From Lama guanicoe (taxonomy: Eukaryota): DNA of 64,000 bases. The notes beneath the pieces are model-generated. The model was not told where the DNA came from, did not search any database, and saw only the letters and a list, made by a program, of their open reading frames with translations. Below, piece by piece: positions 1 to 12,194 of the stretch. A program made the position numbers and the translations under genes. The stretch covers positions 1,798,001 through 1,862,000 of the forward strand of contig MU054212.1 of NCBI GenBank assembly GCA_013239625.1. The letters run 5' to 3'. Every line of letters begins with the position of its first letter. Position 1 is the first letter of the stretch.

Positions 1-149
1 ACTTCTCTCTTGAGATGTCTGTCTTATTCATAAGGACTCAGTTTAGTTTGTCTGGGAAACCTCTACTTTCTGCTGATTCTTCTGACCTCTTTCACTCCTG
101 AAGCACCTTGTTTTGGACAATAAATTATATGGTCACCCTAGATATAAGC

Positions 150-1128
150 CCTTAGTGTGACAATATGTTGCTCTTTCTCCCCAGATTGTCGTTTGTCTTT
201 TAAGTTTAAATTTTTATGTTGTCAATTTGCCCATTTTTTTCTTTATGATTTCCAGCTTCATATCATTTTTGAAATTTTTCTCTCGTTCTAAGGTTGTAGA
301 AGCAGCCACCTAAGTTTTATTGTATTGATTCTATGATTTTATTGTTTCCATGGCAGTACAACACCTGTGTCACCTTCTTTAGGTCTTTACTCAATTGTCA
401 CCTTTTCATTTAAATTGAATCCTATGGCCACCTGTTGGGAAAATGCTACCTCTAATTATTGCTTTGTTTTCCTCCACAGCACTTGTCACCATGTGACCTA
501 CTACATATTTCACTTATTTAATTGTCTTACTGTCTCTCTCTCCACCATTGAAATGTAAGCTCCATGAGGATGGGAATTTTTTGTGTTTGTTGTTAATTGT
601 TTTATCTCTAGGAACTAGAACAGGCCGTGCATATAGCTTTTGACAAATACTTGTTGAATGAATGAAATTAAGTCTTTGATCCATCTGAAATTTTTTTCAT
701 AAGCTATAAAGTAAGCACTCAGTTTATTTCAATTCATCTTTTCCCTTATTGAATTAAAATCCCTTTTAGCGTATATTGAGTCTATATTTTGGTAGCGTTT
801 GGAAGTCTGTTAATCAGTTTCTCTGTTCCTTCATTAGCACCACATTTTTAAAAATGTATGTAGCATTGATCTGCTTCACAATGTCTTGTAGGACGAATTC
901 TTCAATAACCTTCTTTATTCTTTATTTTTTCTCATTTTGTTATCAAATATTTACTTTTATAAATAAAACTTAGATCCATTTGTCATGTTCCCACACATAC
1001 CCTGTTGGTGATTGTGATTGGGAGAGTTTTCAGATTACAGATTAATGTAAGGAAATTTTACGTCTCTATCGTGTTGAGGTCTCTTGCCTAAGACAACGTG
1101 TGAATCTCCAGCTTTCAAGTTTCTTTGT
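150..1128 (-). mobile_element. Old L1 (L1M-type) ORF2 post-RT fragment, split around an L2 fragment
   Basis: T-rich decayed ORF2 sequence (TTAAGTCTTTGATCCATCTGAAAT; TTGGTGATTGTGATTGGGA...ACAGATTAAT) corresponding to the KEDLNKW...IPIKIP region and downstream. Confidence 0.65.
370..666 (+). mobile_element. L2 LINE 3' end
   Basis: AATGTAAGCTCCATGAGGATGGGA...CTAGAACAG...CAAATACTTGTTGAATGAATGAA, the L2a-type 3' terminus. Confidence 0.85.
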
Positions 1129-1409
1129 ATTAGTTACGGTAGAACTAGCTGCTGAAATAGATGACTTCTAAATTCAAAAAGCCCAGTCAGGGGTTCATGG
1201 GGCTGCATTCTATTTAGTAATTCAGGTATGAAAGCTTCTCCCATATTTTTACGCTGCCTTTCCCTTCTCATGTCAGAATCCTTTGCTAGCAGCTGGGGGG
1301 AAAACAGTAGAGAGGGTTTACCTGTTTCTTAACCAATCTGGCCCAAAATAACATATATTATTTCCAACCAAAGTCTTTACCAGTATTCTAAATAAACTAA
1401 AGAAAAAAA

Positions 1410-1772
1410 TCAGAGGAGTAAGAACTGGAAAGGAAAAGACAAAGCAAATATTATTTGTAAATGATAGGATCCCCTATATATAAAGAAAAAGAATCTATGG
1501 ACTTTACAACTGCGATTTGCCTGCTTTGAGTTCAATGTGTAAGAATCAGTAGCATTTTTTTCTACTCCAGTTATAACCAGATAGAAAATATGGCAAAAAT
1601 CCCTCACTCTCCTAATAGCAAAAACAAAACAAAATAAAAATAAAACCCCACAAAACTACAATGAACATAAGAATGCCAGCAAATACATAAGACCTCTATG
1701 GAGAAAAATTCAAAATTCATATAAAAGAACATAATAAAAAAGATCTGAATAAATAAAAAGGTCATTCCATGG
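1410..1772 (+). mobile_element. L1 ORF2 reverse-transcriptase fragment, opposite in orientation to the flanking L1 pieces
   Basis: GGAGTAAGAACTGGAAAGGAAAAGACAAAG...TTATTTGTAAATGATAGGATC is a decayed GIRIGKEEVKLSLFADDMI; it ends at AAAGATCTGAATAAATAAAAAGGTCATTCCATGG (KDLNKW..IP region). Confidence 0.8.
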
Positions 1773-1779
1773 GCTTTGG

Positions 1780-3120
1780 TTAATTTTTTCTAATTTAATT
1801 ACATTCTAGTCCGAGAACGTACTCTGTGTGACTTCAGTCCTCATATTTATTAAAACTTGTTAATTTTTCATAATACGATCTACCTAATGAATGTTCTGTG
1901 TACATTTGGAAGGAATATGTATTCTACTGTTTTGGGTGTAGTGTTCTACAAGTGTTAATTAGGTCAGGTTGGTTGATAACATTTTTAGGTCTTTTTAATC
2001 CTTGCTGGTTTTCTATTTCTTCTATCAATAACTGAAAGTGTTGAAATCTCCAAATATAACTGTAAATTTATTTCACCTTACATTTCTATCAGTTTTTACT
2101 TTATGTATTTTGAGTCTTGGCCATTTGATGCATACACATTTAAGATTGTTATGTATTCTTGTTGAAGTGACTTTTTAAATCTTTATGAAATACTCCTCTT
2201 TATTTCTGATAACATGCTTTGTTACGACGTCTATTTTGTCTGGTATTAATATAGCCGCTCCAGCTTTTTCCTGATTGGTGTTTCATTCTCTGTCATTTTT
2301 CATCCCTTTCCTTTCATGTTACTCGTGATTTTATATTTAAGGTTTGCTTCTTAGACAAAACCTTGACTTTCTTTTTTACTTAAATGGCAATTACTGCTTT
2401 TTAATTGGAGTGTTTATCTCATTTACATTTAATGAAACCATCAGTGTGCTATTTGTTTTCTATTTGGACAATCTGTTCATTGTTCTTTTCCGTTTCTACT
2501 TTTCCTGCTTTCTTTGGATTCATTGATTATTTTTAGGATTCATTTTACCTCTGCCATTGACTTGCTAGCTGTTTATCTCTGTTGCAGTTTTGATCAAGGC
2601 TCTTGGTCTTGTTTTCCTAAATTTCATTTTGCATAGTTTCTATTGCTATGTTTTCAAGTTCCCTGATCTGTTATTTTGTAGTGTCTATAAATTATAGCTA
2701 TTGAAATTTTCCTTTCACATATTACAGTTTTTAATCTAGAATTTTTTTGGTATTTTTTCCCCTATGTGTTCCACTTATTCTGTATGTAATGCTTTCTTTT
2801 AAGACCTCAAACATATTTTAAATGGCCTTAAAGTCCTTTTCTGATAATTCTGTCAACTATGTCATTTCTAGATTTGTTTCTACGATTGATATTTTTCTCC
2901 TCATTATGGGTCACAATTTCCTGCTTCATCTCATATCTTGTAATTTTTGATTGGATGGCACATTATGAACATTATTGTTGTTGAGTGTTCGGATTTTTAA
3001 AATTTATTTTAAAGAGGATTTAAATTTTGTAGGAGAGATAGTTAAATGACTTGGCTCACTCCTTTTGAGATTTGTTTTTAAGCTTTATAAGAACAAGTCT
3101 AGAATAGCTTTTATAATTTG
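1780..3120 (-). mobile_element. Old L1 (L1M) endonuclease region plus ORF1/5' remnants
   Basis: GAATGTTCTGTGTACATTTGGAAGGAATATGTATTCTACTG...GTTGAAATCTCCAAATATAACTGT is antisense EN domain. 2600-3100 resembles the antisense ORF1 start/5' region. Confidence 0.8.
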
Positions 3121-3699
3121 TTCTACGTTCTTTTCTTTAGCTTTTACTATACATTTTGTTTATTTTTCTTTTCATAGTTTTACTGTGAAATGTATAGAAA
3201 TGTTAAGAGAACAGTACAATGAACAAACATACTCACTGCCTAGGTATGCCAAGGATTAAAATTTTGCCATATTTAATTAGTCTATAATAGTCTGTATTTA
3301 ATTTATTCTCACTATTTACAGTATATATTTTGTCTTCAATTTTTCTGTGTTAATTTTATATCTTGATATACCTGCTCAAATTTATCAAAAGTTGCCATAT
3401 CTTTTCATCTGTTCCCTGAAAAAAAAATGAGAAAATGCATGTATTCCATCACAAATTTAACATTTAATTCTTGTTTTGTAATCACTGATCACACTCAATG
3501 AAACTTAGATTGATTTGAGACATCAATCATCAATCAATTAATAAATCATCAATCATCTAGGGATTCCAAAGGAAGCCATGGATTAATTCCCATAGAGTTT
3601 TAAATAAACTAAAATATCATATGCATTCCTATGTATGTGTAGTATGTACTTTTTTTTCTGAGAAGATCAACGCCTTCTTCAGGATGTCCTAGGAGTTAA

Positions 3700-4900
3700 A
3701 GAAAGGGATTAAATGATCTGTATTCACTAACAATCCTTGAATACTATAATTTCCCTATTCTGTTTGGTTCTTCTTTTCCATTGCTGGAATACTTCTGCCA
3801 AAGATCTTTATCATGAATTATTCATTGGTGATTTACTTCCCCAATTCTTGCTCTTTTGAGTATGCTTTTCTTTTTTCTTTGTAAGAATAACAACTTGACT
3901 GCTTATGGAATATTTGGCCATGAGCTTTCCTCTTTAAAATCCTCTAATACTGCTAATGTGAATTTTGGACTAGCCTGATGATTTCTATTGTTGGTTATAT
4001 ATTTATTTCCTCTGGCTGAATGTTTATAATAATAGATGGCATTTACCAAGTAGTTATTAATGCCAAGCAACAGGCTAAGTACTTTTGCAAGGGTTTTCAC
4101 ATTTTGTCTTATGATAATTTTATAAGTTAGACACAACCCGTCTGACATCAGAGCAATGGGATTTGAACTTAGGTAGTGTCACTGCAGTCTTAGGCAGTGC
4201 TATACTCATTTGAAGGATTTTTTTTCCTTTTCGTCCTTAAAGTTCTGTACTTGTGCTCAGAGAAACCTTGGGCTTCAACAAATTTTTATTCATTTTGCCT
4301 GTTATAATGAGCCTTTGCAAACTGCCTCTCCCCCTTTTTGTGTTTTTGCTTATCGTTTCTGACTTCAGGCACACAAACTAGATGCTGAGTCTTCCTTGTT
4401 TGATTTCCACATCTATCATCTTTGCTCTGATCATTGTCTTTCCTTTGTCCTTCTCTCTTCATTCTGAGTGATTCTCTCAAGATAGTTCTCTACTGATTCA
4501 ATTCTTTTAGCATCAGTTCTGTGTTTTGGTTCTTCTACTGTAGTTTTCGTTCTATAATAACAGTATTTTTCCTCTTTGTTTTTTACTGACCTGTGGCAGT
4601 TCCCTTTTCATTTTGTTACCTTCTCCCATCTGTTGTTTAACAGGTTCATTTAACCTTTCCTTTTCTTAGGAGGGTGATGAAGTTGTGTGTTTTTCATTAT
4701 GTCTTCTGATGTAAAATTTACTTCAAATTTGATTTTTAATCTCTCTTATCTACTCTTTGCAACTTAGGCTCATTTTCTCACTTTTCATTGTGTAATCTTT
4801 CTAAGTCTCAAGCTTTTGTTTTTTTCCCTTCATCCTTACCTTTGAATGGAGGTAGGACCTTATAGCCTTGAATTTACCATCAATATAGAGAAAGTCAAAT
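3700..4900 (-). mobile_element. Very degraded L1/HAL1-like sequence
   Basis: Strongly T-rich plus strand with scattered L1-like phrases. Family and bounds are uncertain. Confidence 0.4.
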
Positions 4901-6329
4901 CTCCTAAACTCTCCTTCCCTGGGGTTTAACATGGGGGCCTGGATGTTGCAGATTCATTTATCACTTTATTCACTCATTTTCCCAAGGAAGTAAGAGAAGC
5001 AGCCAAGATCACAGACAGCCTTGTCCATTGGATTTTGACAGGTATAAACAGAAACTCTTCACTGGGGCCAGCACTTGGAGCGACAAGCAAGGCAGGGGGC
5101 CCTCAGGTTGCTGTTTGTTCACCTACTAGCGTGAGTGGAAACTTAGCTGTTCTCATGCTGGGCACCCAGGTGTGTCATTTGGTCGGTCAGATATTTGCTC
5201 ATCTCTAACTCTTTGTTGCAGCTGATCTAGGGTTGTAATGTTGTTTCCTCAGAGATTGTCTCAAATTGTTCACCTGCATTAATCTTGCCTCCAGATCCTT
5301 CTCTCAGTCTTGAGTAAACACTGTGGAACCTTGAACTCTGAGACGTTCTGCCAGCCTGCTGCCCACTGCGGATCCACAGGGAGGGATAGGCCCCCAGGAA
5401 TATGGTTCCATCTTTCCTGTGGCCCACTCATGTCTCTGTTCCTGTCTCTCCAAGTTGGAAAACATTATCACCAACTGACATAATTGTTCCTATCTACTTG
5501 CCTTAACATTCTGACATTCTCACAAGTATAGAAATTATATATTGATTCTCGGAATCCTATTTTAATTTGGTATGGAATTTTCTTTTAAATTGTAGTATAA
5601 CTGGCAGGTATCTCTCAAATCTTAGCAAATTCTTACATTTTAGAGGCAAATGGATGTGATTAAGAGGGATTAATTAGAAAGACTGGAGAGTGAAATCAGA
5701 GAAGACCATCAAGGCAAGTATTTTGAGAGGAATAGTGTGGTTATTAACATTAACTGCTGTAGAGATTGCATACAGACTGAGAGCTGAGAGCAGTCCATAG
5801 GATTTACAACAGGGAGACCACTGCGGTAGGGGGAACAGAGGAGGAAGTTTTGGGAATGTCCGGGCAGGGAAGAGATTGCAGGAAGTTATTAAATACATGG
5901 AATATGTGAAATAAATGTAAGAAGAGCATGTGGTAGAGAGATGGTCAGTGATCTCTCTGCTCATTAATTCTCCTTCCCGTAAAATAAGTGCTAGACTAGA
6001 CATCTTTAAGTTGCCTTCTGCTGCCAGGGGCTGCCAAGGTGAAGTAAGGGCTCAAGCTCCTTGATTCAAACTACCCAGAAACTTCCCCATCAAATCTGTA
6101 GGAAGAACACCAACTATGAAGTACTCTTGCTGAAACAATCCTTTAGATCTAATGTCCAGTGCCTAGGAAATATGGGGGAGGTAGGGACAAAGTTAAAATA
6201 CCAACAAAAAAACAGTAGGGCAAGTCCAGAATGTGGGCCATTTACTGCACAACAAGTCAATGGAATGGAAAAAAGGAAGATAAGGGGAGATGCGGCTGAC
6301 TCTTACCCGACCCCAGCTGAGTTCTCAGC

Positions 6330-6750
6330 AGCCACAGTGGCCCCTTCCTGTCCATGTTGGCAGGGTCCACTGGGGTCACCAGGTGCTCTCTGCTTCCCTG
6401 TCTCAGGCTTTCTTCTGGTGTCACAGGAGCTCACCCAGCCATTGGGCAGGGTGGCCCAGAAGGAACCAATGAAGGGTGAGAGTCAGGGGATAAAGACCCC
6501 ACTTTCCCTAACTTTTGGAGAAACAACACTGAGATGCATGTTGCACAGTGCCTCAGAGTATCCCCTGCAGAATTAACACCCAGTTCCCCACGGTGATGAC
6601 CTGCTCGCCGGTGCATCTGTTCTTGGCCTTTTCTGTGTCATTTTTGTTCTTGTTCTTTCATTTTCCTTCCTAGTTCTACCTCCCAAATAAAATCCCTGCA
6701 CCCACGTCCTTATCATAAGGTCTGCTTTGGGGGAAACCCAAGCAAAGACA
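6330..6750 (+). mobile_element. ERVL solo LTR (LTR16-like)
   Basis: 3' end CTCCCAAATAAAATCCCTGCACCCACGTCCTTATCATAAGGTCTGCTTTGGGGGAAACCCAAGCAAAGACA matches the LTR16 terminus. The 5' boundary is approximate. Confidence 0.75.
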
Positions 6751-6759
6751 AGGGGACCG

Positions 6760-7235
6760 TTTGAAGATAAATAGACTTAGGAGACAGAACACCCAAATAC
6801 ATCACGTGGACATCAATTAAATCCGGGCTTGAACAAACCAACTGTAAAATGATATATTTTTGGTAATCCAGGAAATTTGAATATAGACTTGGCATTTGAT
6901 GATATTAAGGATTTGTTGTTAGTTTTGTTGGTTATAACAATACTATCATGTGTATAAGAAAATGTCTTTATTTGGAGATGCCTAAGACTGAAATCCCTTA
7001 TACACAAGGATCAGAAACCATCTGATGTGATGTCAGAATTTTTTAAAAAGTACTTAAACCAAAAAAAGGAAGAGAAAGAAAGGAAGGAAGGAAGAAAAAA
7101 AAGGAAGGAAGGAAGAAGGGAAAATGGAGTAAAAATGTGGCAAAATGTTAATAATTATTGAATCTAAGAGACAAGTATATGAAGTATATTATATACCTCA
7201 TTTGTGCATTTTAAAAATCTTCCACAATAAAAATT
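6760..7235 (+). mobile_element. L1MC4/5-like 3' end with an internal (GGAA)n tract
   Basis: GGAAATTTGAATATAGAC...TTTGATGATATTAAGGA...GTGGCAAAATGTTAATAATTATTGAATCT...CCACAATAAAAA. Confidence 0.75.
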
Positions 7236-8653
7236 TCAGTCCTTTTACAAGAGAGAAAATTTAATTCCCAGAAATTACTAAGTTTGATAGGAGGCAAAAT
7301 TCCTTTCGGACAGATGACTTTCAGAGACCTAAGTACAGAAAAGACTTTTATACAACTCTTTCATACAAGACAAAAAACAAACAAAAGACCTTCCTACTCC
7401 CTCTGCAAAATGACATCCACTCATTACTCAACTTCTGTATTCCCTGCCTGCAGCCTTGCCAAGCGCCACATGTCTCTCTCTGAAGTATCAGAAACCAAAC
7501 AAACTCCCCTGAAATCAGCATATTCCATTGCAAGAGGCCAGCCACTGAGAAATCACATGAATAGCTCTCTGAGCACCAGAGCCGGGTTTCAAATTTTCTG
7601 GCCAAGAATAGTTCCAAGGGCAGAGCTCAGGCACGCCATGCAACTCACGTAAAGAAAATTCCATACGTTTTCCATGGGCTGATTCAGGATACCCACAGAA
7701 ACAGACCCAGGCGTGGCTGAATCAGTTCTTGAGACAGGAAGGAACCTTCGTGAAAGAAATAGCTCTCGGTCTCCTGTAAGGTAAAATGTGTGCCTGAGAT
7801 CTGTCAATGAAAGAGGATCACACACATATGGCTAATGAGTCATCCCAAATGGAAAAACAGAGTTTGTTATAGTTTATGGGGATTTTACATGTCGAAGGTA
7901 CATCTGTTGCTATTTATGCTGACACGTATGTAGAGATTGGCAGACCCAGTTCTCTGTAGGGATGAGCGAAATCCAAACCAAACCACAGAACTTTCTAACT
8001 TGGAGGCTGGCTCTTGTGATGGAAAACGGTTTCCTGGTCCCTTGAAACACTGCCCGGCGGAGCAGGGTGGCTGGGAGAGGCCCCCATCACAGGACTGCAC
8101 AGTTGGATGAGGCAACGAAACGTCCCGCTTTGCACAGGGCCTCTGGAGGGACCGAGAGGAACACAGGAAGCACGAGAGGTGTCGGAGAGCTCGGGGGACG
8201 GTTAACGGTCTTCTCCCTCCTGGACGCCTTCTTTGGGTGGCTGTTTCAGGCCAAACAGACCACGTCGATTCTAACACAAACACGCCGCCCGGATCAGACA
8301 AAGCCGCCTCCCTTCAGATGTGTTAATAACATTCTCCAGCAGGGTGGCCGTGGGCTCTGGCAGACACTTGTTTTCCCAGTTGGGTAACTCTGATAAGTCT
8401 GAAGACTTTCTCTCACTTAATACATTTCCACAATCTCCTATTTTGCGGATCGTTGGTCTTTATTCCTGTCCCGTTGCAGGATTGTTGAAGGTTTGAATAG
8501 TGTGTGTCATGCCTGTTTAACCTGACCTCTGTCTCCCCCACTCTTTTCCTCCCTCCCTCCGCCCTTCTCTGCTTGCTATCTAATGAGAAGACACAACAGG
8601 TGAATAAACAACTGCAGAGGCTACAAGGCTGACAAAGAGAAGTGCTGTGAGAG

Positions 8654-9050
8654 TGTTGTGGGCTGAATTTTGTTCCCCAAATCCATCTGTTCAAGTTCTA
8701 ACCTCTAGTACCTCTGAATGTGACTGTATTTGGAGGTAGAGTATTTAAAGAAGTGGTTAAGTTAAAATGAGATCATATGGGTGGGTCCTGATCCACTGGG
8801 TCAGGCCACTGGTGTCCTTAGAAGAAGAGAAAATTTGGATACAAATAGGTACAGGGAAAGGGAAGACCATGTGAGGACACAAGGTGAAGACAGTCATCTG
8901 CAAGTGGAGGAGAGACCTCAGAAGAAAGCAACCCTCCTGACACTTTGATCTCAGGCTTCTAGCCTCCAGCACGGTGGGAAAACCAATTTCCATTGTTTAA
9001 GTCACCCCGTCTGTGGTACTTTGTAATGGCGGCCCGAGGAGACGAGTACA
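8654..9050 (+). mobile_element. MaLR solo LTR (MLT1A/B-like)
   Basis: TG...CA termini; GTACCTCTGAATGTGACTGTATTTGGAGGTAG; near-perfect 5-bp TSD GAGAG/GACAG. Confidence 0.9.
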
Positions 9051-10461
9051 GACAGTCAGATAAAGAGCTGGGAGAATCCAAAGGTGGAGGAGAAGGCTTT
9101 AGTTTAGTGGGATCAAAAACCCCATCTGGATGAGGGAGAATATTAACTTTGTCTTCAGAAATGGGTAGAATCTGCTCCTGCACTAACAGCAAAGCCAAAA
9201 AACCAGCATCAGAAGCTCAACTTGCTCCCATAGACCTGCTCACGGCCTTATACCTGGTCCCCAGTGAGTCCCCTGGCGTCACCCACAGAGACGTTTTCTC
9301 CAGTCTTGTGGCGATGGCCCTCCCACCGCGGTATGCACAGTCCTTGCTGTCTGATACTGTCCAACAGTCAGCTCTACTTTTGAGTTAGGTAAACCCACGT
9401 GAAAGTTAAGGTGCTTGTTAACCCCTTGCTTGGCCCACTGTGGGCCAAGCACAAAAACTCACCTACCCCCTGACAGGGGTCTCGAAAGAAGCAAACTGAA
9501 GTATGAAAAATGGAAACGTAATAGGCTATAGTAGAGTATCAGGGAGACCTCTTCACTTACCTGGCTCACTGTTGGTTTCTAATCACCCATGCGCCTTGGC
9601 TGCCATTGAGGATTACCCACCCACATGCTCAGGTGGCCTCATGGGACTTTTAATATTATCTGAAGTGCTCTCAACAACGTCCACTCCTTCAAGACCTGCC
9701 TTATGAAAGCCCAAGAACATATTCTTGACAGTCATGGAAAATATATTTAACATTCCTATAAATATTATAACTCCCCTTCTGGCAGTGGCAAAGTTGCTCC
9801 TTCTGCATTTATTCAAGGGAGGTCTGGCTTCATCCCAGTGAAGCTCAGGGCGTTGGGCTGAGAAGGTTCCAGTGTCAGGAGTCAGGTGTTGTCTCTGGCC
9901 GCTTCTCTTGTTTTAAACTCTCAACTTTAGGAAGAAGATCTCAAATGTCATTCAGCCACAGTTGTAAAACAAACAAATAAACAAAACAAAACAAAACCCC
10001 AGGTGTGGCAGGTGCTGAACTTAGGGAGATACACCAAGAAGAGATGTTCTGGGTCATTAATGAAAAAAACTAAGTCCAAGCAGCACTAGATAGATATTTG
10101 TAGGAATGTGCATGTATTTGCTATAACAAAGGCCAAGAACCAAGTCATCCCCTTTTAAGGACTGCAGAACCTTTTTTAATCTTTGTTGCAAAACTTCCTG
10201 CAGTCCAGCTTTCTTCCATTATAACATCTGTGCACATTCTTGATGAAAGGGACACTGGGACAATTATTCCAATACCTCAGGCCATGAAATTTTTGTCTGA
10301 AAGAATCAAACAGTATTGGAAAGCGGAAAGATTCCATTCTGGGGAAGTTAAGACATTACATTTCTAAACATGTGTATATGTGTGTGCTGGAAAAAGGGGC
10401 AAGGAATATGATCCAGGGAAGAAGGGCTTTGGGATCAGACCTGGGGTTGGATTTGTCACTA

Positions 10462-10983
10462 TGTGGTAGGGAACCGCCCCCCCCCCCAACACACACAAAG
10501 ATAAACACATCCTGATCTCTAGAACCTGTGAATATACTACCTGACAGGGCAGAAAAACCTTTGTGATTAAGATGTGATTAAGTTAAAAATTTTGAAATGA
10601 GATGATCTTGGATTATCTGGGGTGGGGGTGGGGCGTCCTGTCTAATCGGAGGGTCCTCAGAAAGGAAAGAGAAGACAGAAAAGTCAGAGTCAGGAGAGAT
10701 GTGATGATGGAAGCCAGGCTCAAAGAGAGATGAGAGACATGAAGAGGTCGTGCTGCTGGCTCTGAAGATGGAGGAAGGTGCCAGGAACCAAGGAATACAG
10801 GCAGCCTCTAGGAGCTGGAAAAGTCAAGGAAATAAATTCTCCCTGAGATCCTCCAGAAGGAACCAGCCCTGCCAACCCATTGTAGACTTCGGACCTTCCT
10901 GAACTGTAAGGCAACGTATTTGTGTTGTTTTAAGCCATGAGGTTTGTGGCAGTTTGTTACAGCAGCAATAGTAAACAAATACA
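10462..10983 (+). mobile_element. MaLR solo LTR (MLT1D-like) inserted into a MIR
   Basis: TGTGGTAGG...GAACCTGTGAATAT...CAGCCTCTAGGAGCTGGAAAAG...TTTGTTACAGCAGCAATAGTAAACAAATACA. MIR sequence flanks both sides (~10425-10461 and ~11010-11160). Confidence 0.9.
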
Positions 10984-11256
10984 CCTGCTTCAGCACTTCG
11001 TAGGGAGTAACTTACTCTTGGGCATGTTACTTAATGAGATTGAGCCTTGATTTGTGCATCTAGAAAAGGAAATAACAATAATAATGTTTTCCAGGTCGTA
11101 CAGTGAGGACTGAATGAGGCCATGCACTGTACTCGCTTCAGCACCCAGCCAGGGCCTGTGGGATTATTACCATCGCTGCCTTGGACGCTGTATTGTCAGC
11201 CACATCCTCCACATCTGTGTTTCCACATCTTCACCTGGCCAGCGTGACTCTAGGCC

Positions 11257-11597
11257 TCTGTTAGTCAGCGAGGGCTGCTGTGATGAAATGCGATATGCTG
11301 GGTGGCTTAAACAATAGAGATTTGTTTCTCATGGTTCTGGAGGCCAGATCAGGGGTCCAGCATGATGGGCTTCTGGCTTGCCTTTCCTGGACAGCTGTGT
11401 CCCCATATGGCAGAGAGGACAAGCTCTGGTCTCTTCCTCTTCTCACAAGGACACTCTCCCACCATGGGGACTCCACTCTCATGGCTCATCTCAACCTAAT
11501 TATCTCCCAAAGGTCGCACCTCCTAGTACCATCCCATTGGGACTTAAGGATCCAACATAGGAACTTCGGGGAGGACACAGACATACAGTCTACAACA
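11257..11597 (-). mobile_element. MaLR solo LTR (MLT1A/MST-like)
   Basis: GGGTGGCTTAAACAATAGAGATTTGTTTCTCATGGTTCTGGAGGC...ACCTAATTATCTCCCAAAGG...CAGTCTACAACA; TSD AGGCC/AGGCT. Confidence 0.88.
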
Positions 11598-12015
11598 AGG
11601 CTATACCTGCTTCTCAGGGCTGCTGGGAAGATCAAATGAATGAATGATGTAAGCCAGAGTATTTAAGGGCAGATTCAGTTACATAAGAGTGGTTCCCTGA
11701 ACTTTGGCTTGGATATACCCAGAAACACTCCACTTCTCTCTCACTTACGGACAAAGCCTTGTGTCCCTTCCCACCCTGCCGGGACGGCATTCATCAGCCT
11801 CTACTACAGTCATGAGCTCACAAGTCTTCCTCACCATCTGTGAGATGAGCTCTCAGGGCAGAGCCCTGTCTAATTTGTGCTCATACCTCCAGAACCTCAC
11901 TGTGGGTGTTTGCTAGCATTACAGAAGCAATATGAACCTTCCTGGACTTTGCCACACTCAGTTTCAGGCCCCCTTTTTGCTATTGCTGTATGGTCAAAAC
12001 TATTTTGCTGTAAAC

Positions 12016-12194
12016 CAGTGGTTATCAACCCTAGTGCACATTAAGATCACCTTGGGAACTTTTTAAAAATTACCGGTGCCCAGGCTCCACCCTGGACCAA
12101 TTAAATGAGTTCTCTGGGGGTGGGGTCTGGACATTAGTACATTTTGAAAAGCACCCCAGGTGATTCCAACGTACAGGCAGGGTTGAGAAGCCAA
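12016..12194. mobile_element. MER5A-like hAT-Charlie MITE
   Basis: CAGTGGTTATCAACCCT...ATCACCTTGGGAACTTTT...CCCCAGGTGATTCCAA...AGGGTTGAGAAGCCA, palindromic with inverted termini. Confidence 0.85.

Noticed and set aside
6061..6576. 171-aa ORF
   Set aside because: It starts at TTG, runs into an LTR16-like LTR and resembles no known protein.
8654..11597. Paired LTRs of an intact provirus, or a dsRNA-forming inverted pair
   Set aside because: They differ in subfamily or orientation, two have their own TSDs, there is no internal gag-like sequence, and they are too diverged to pair stably.
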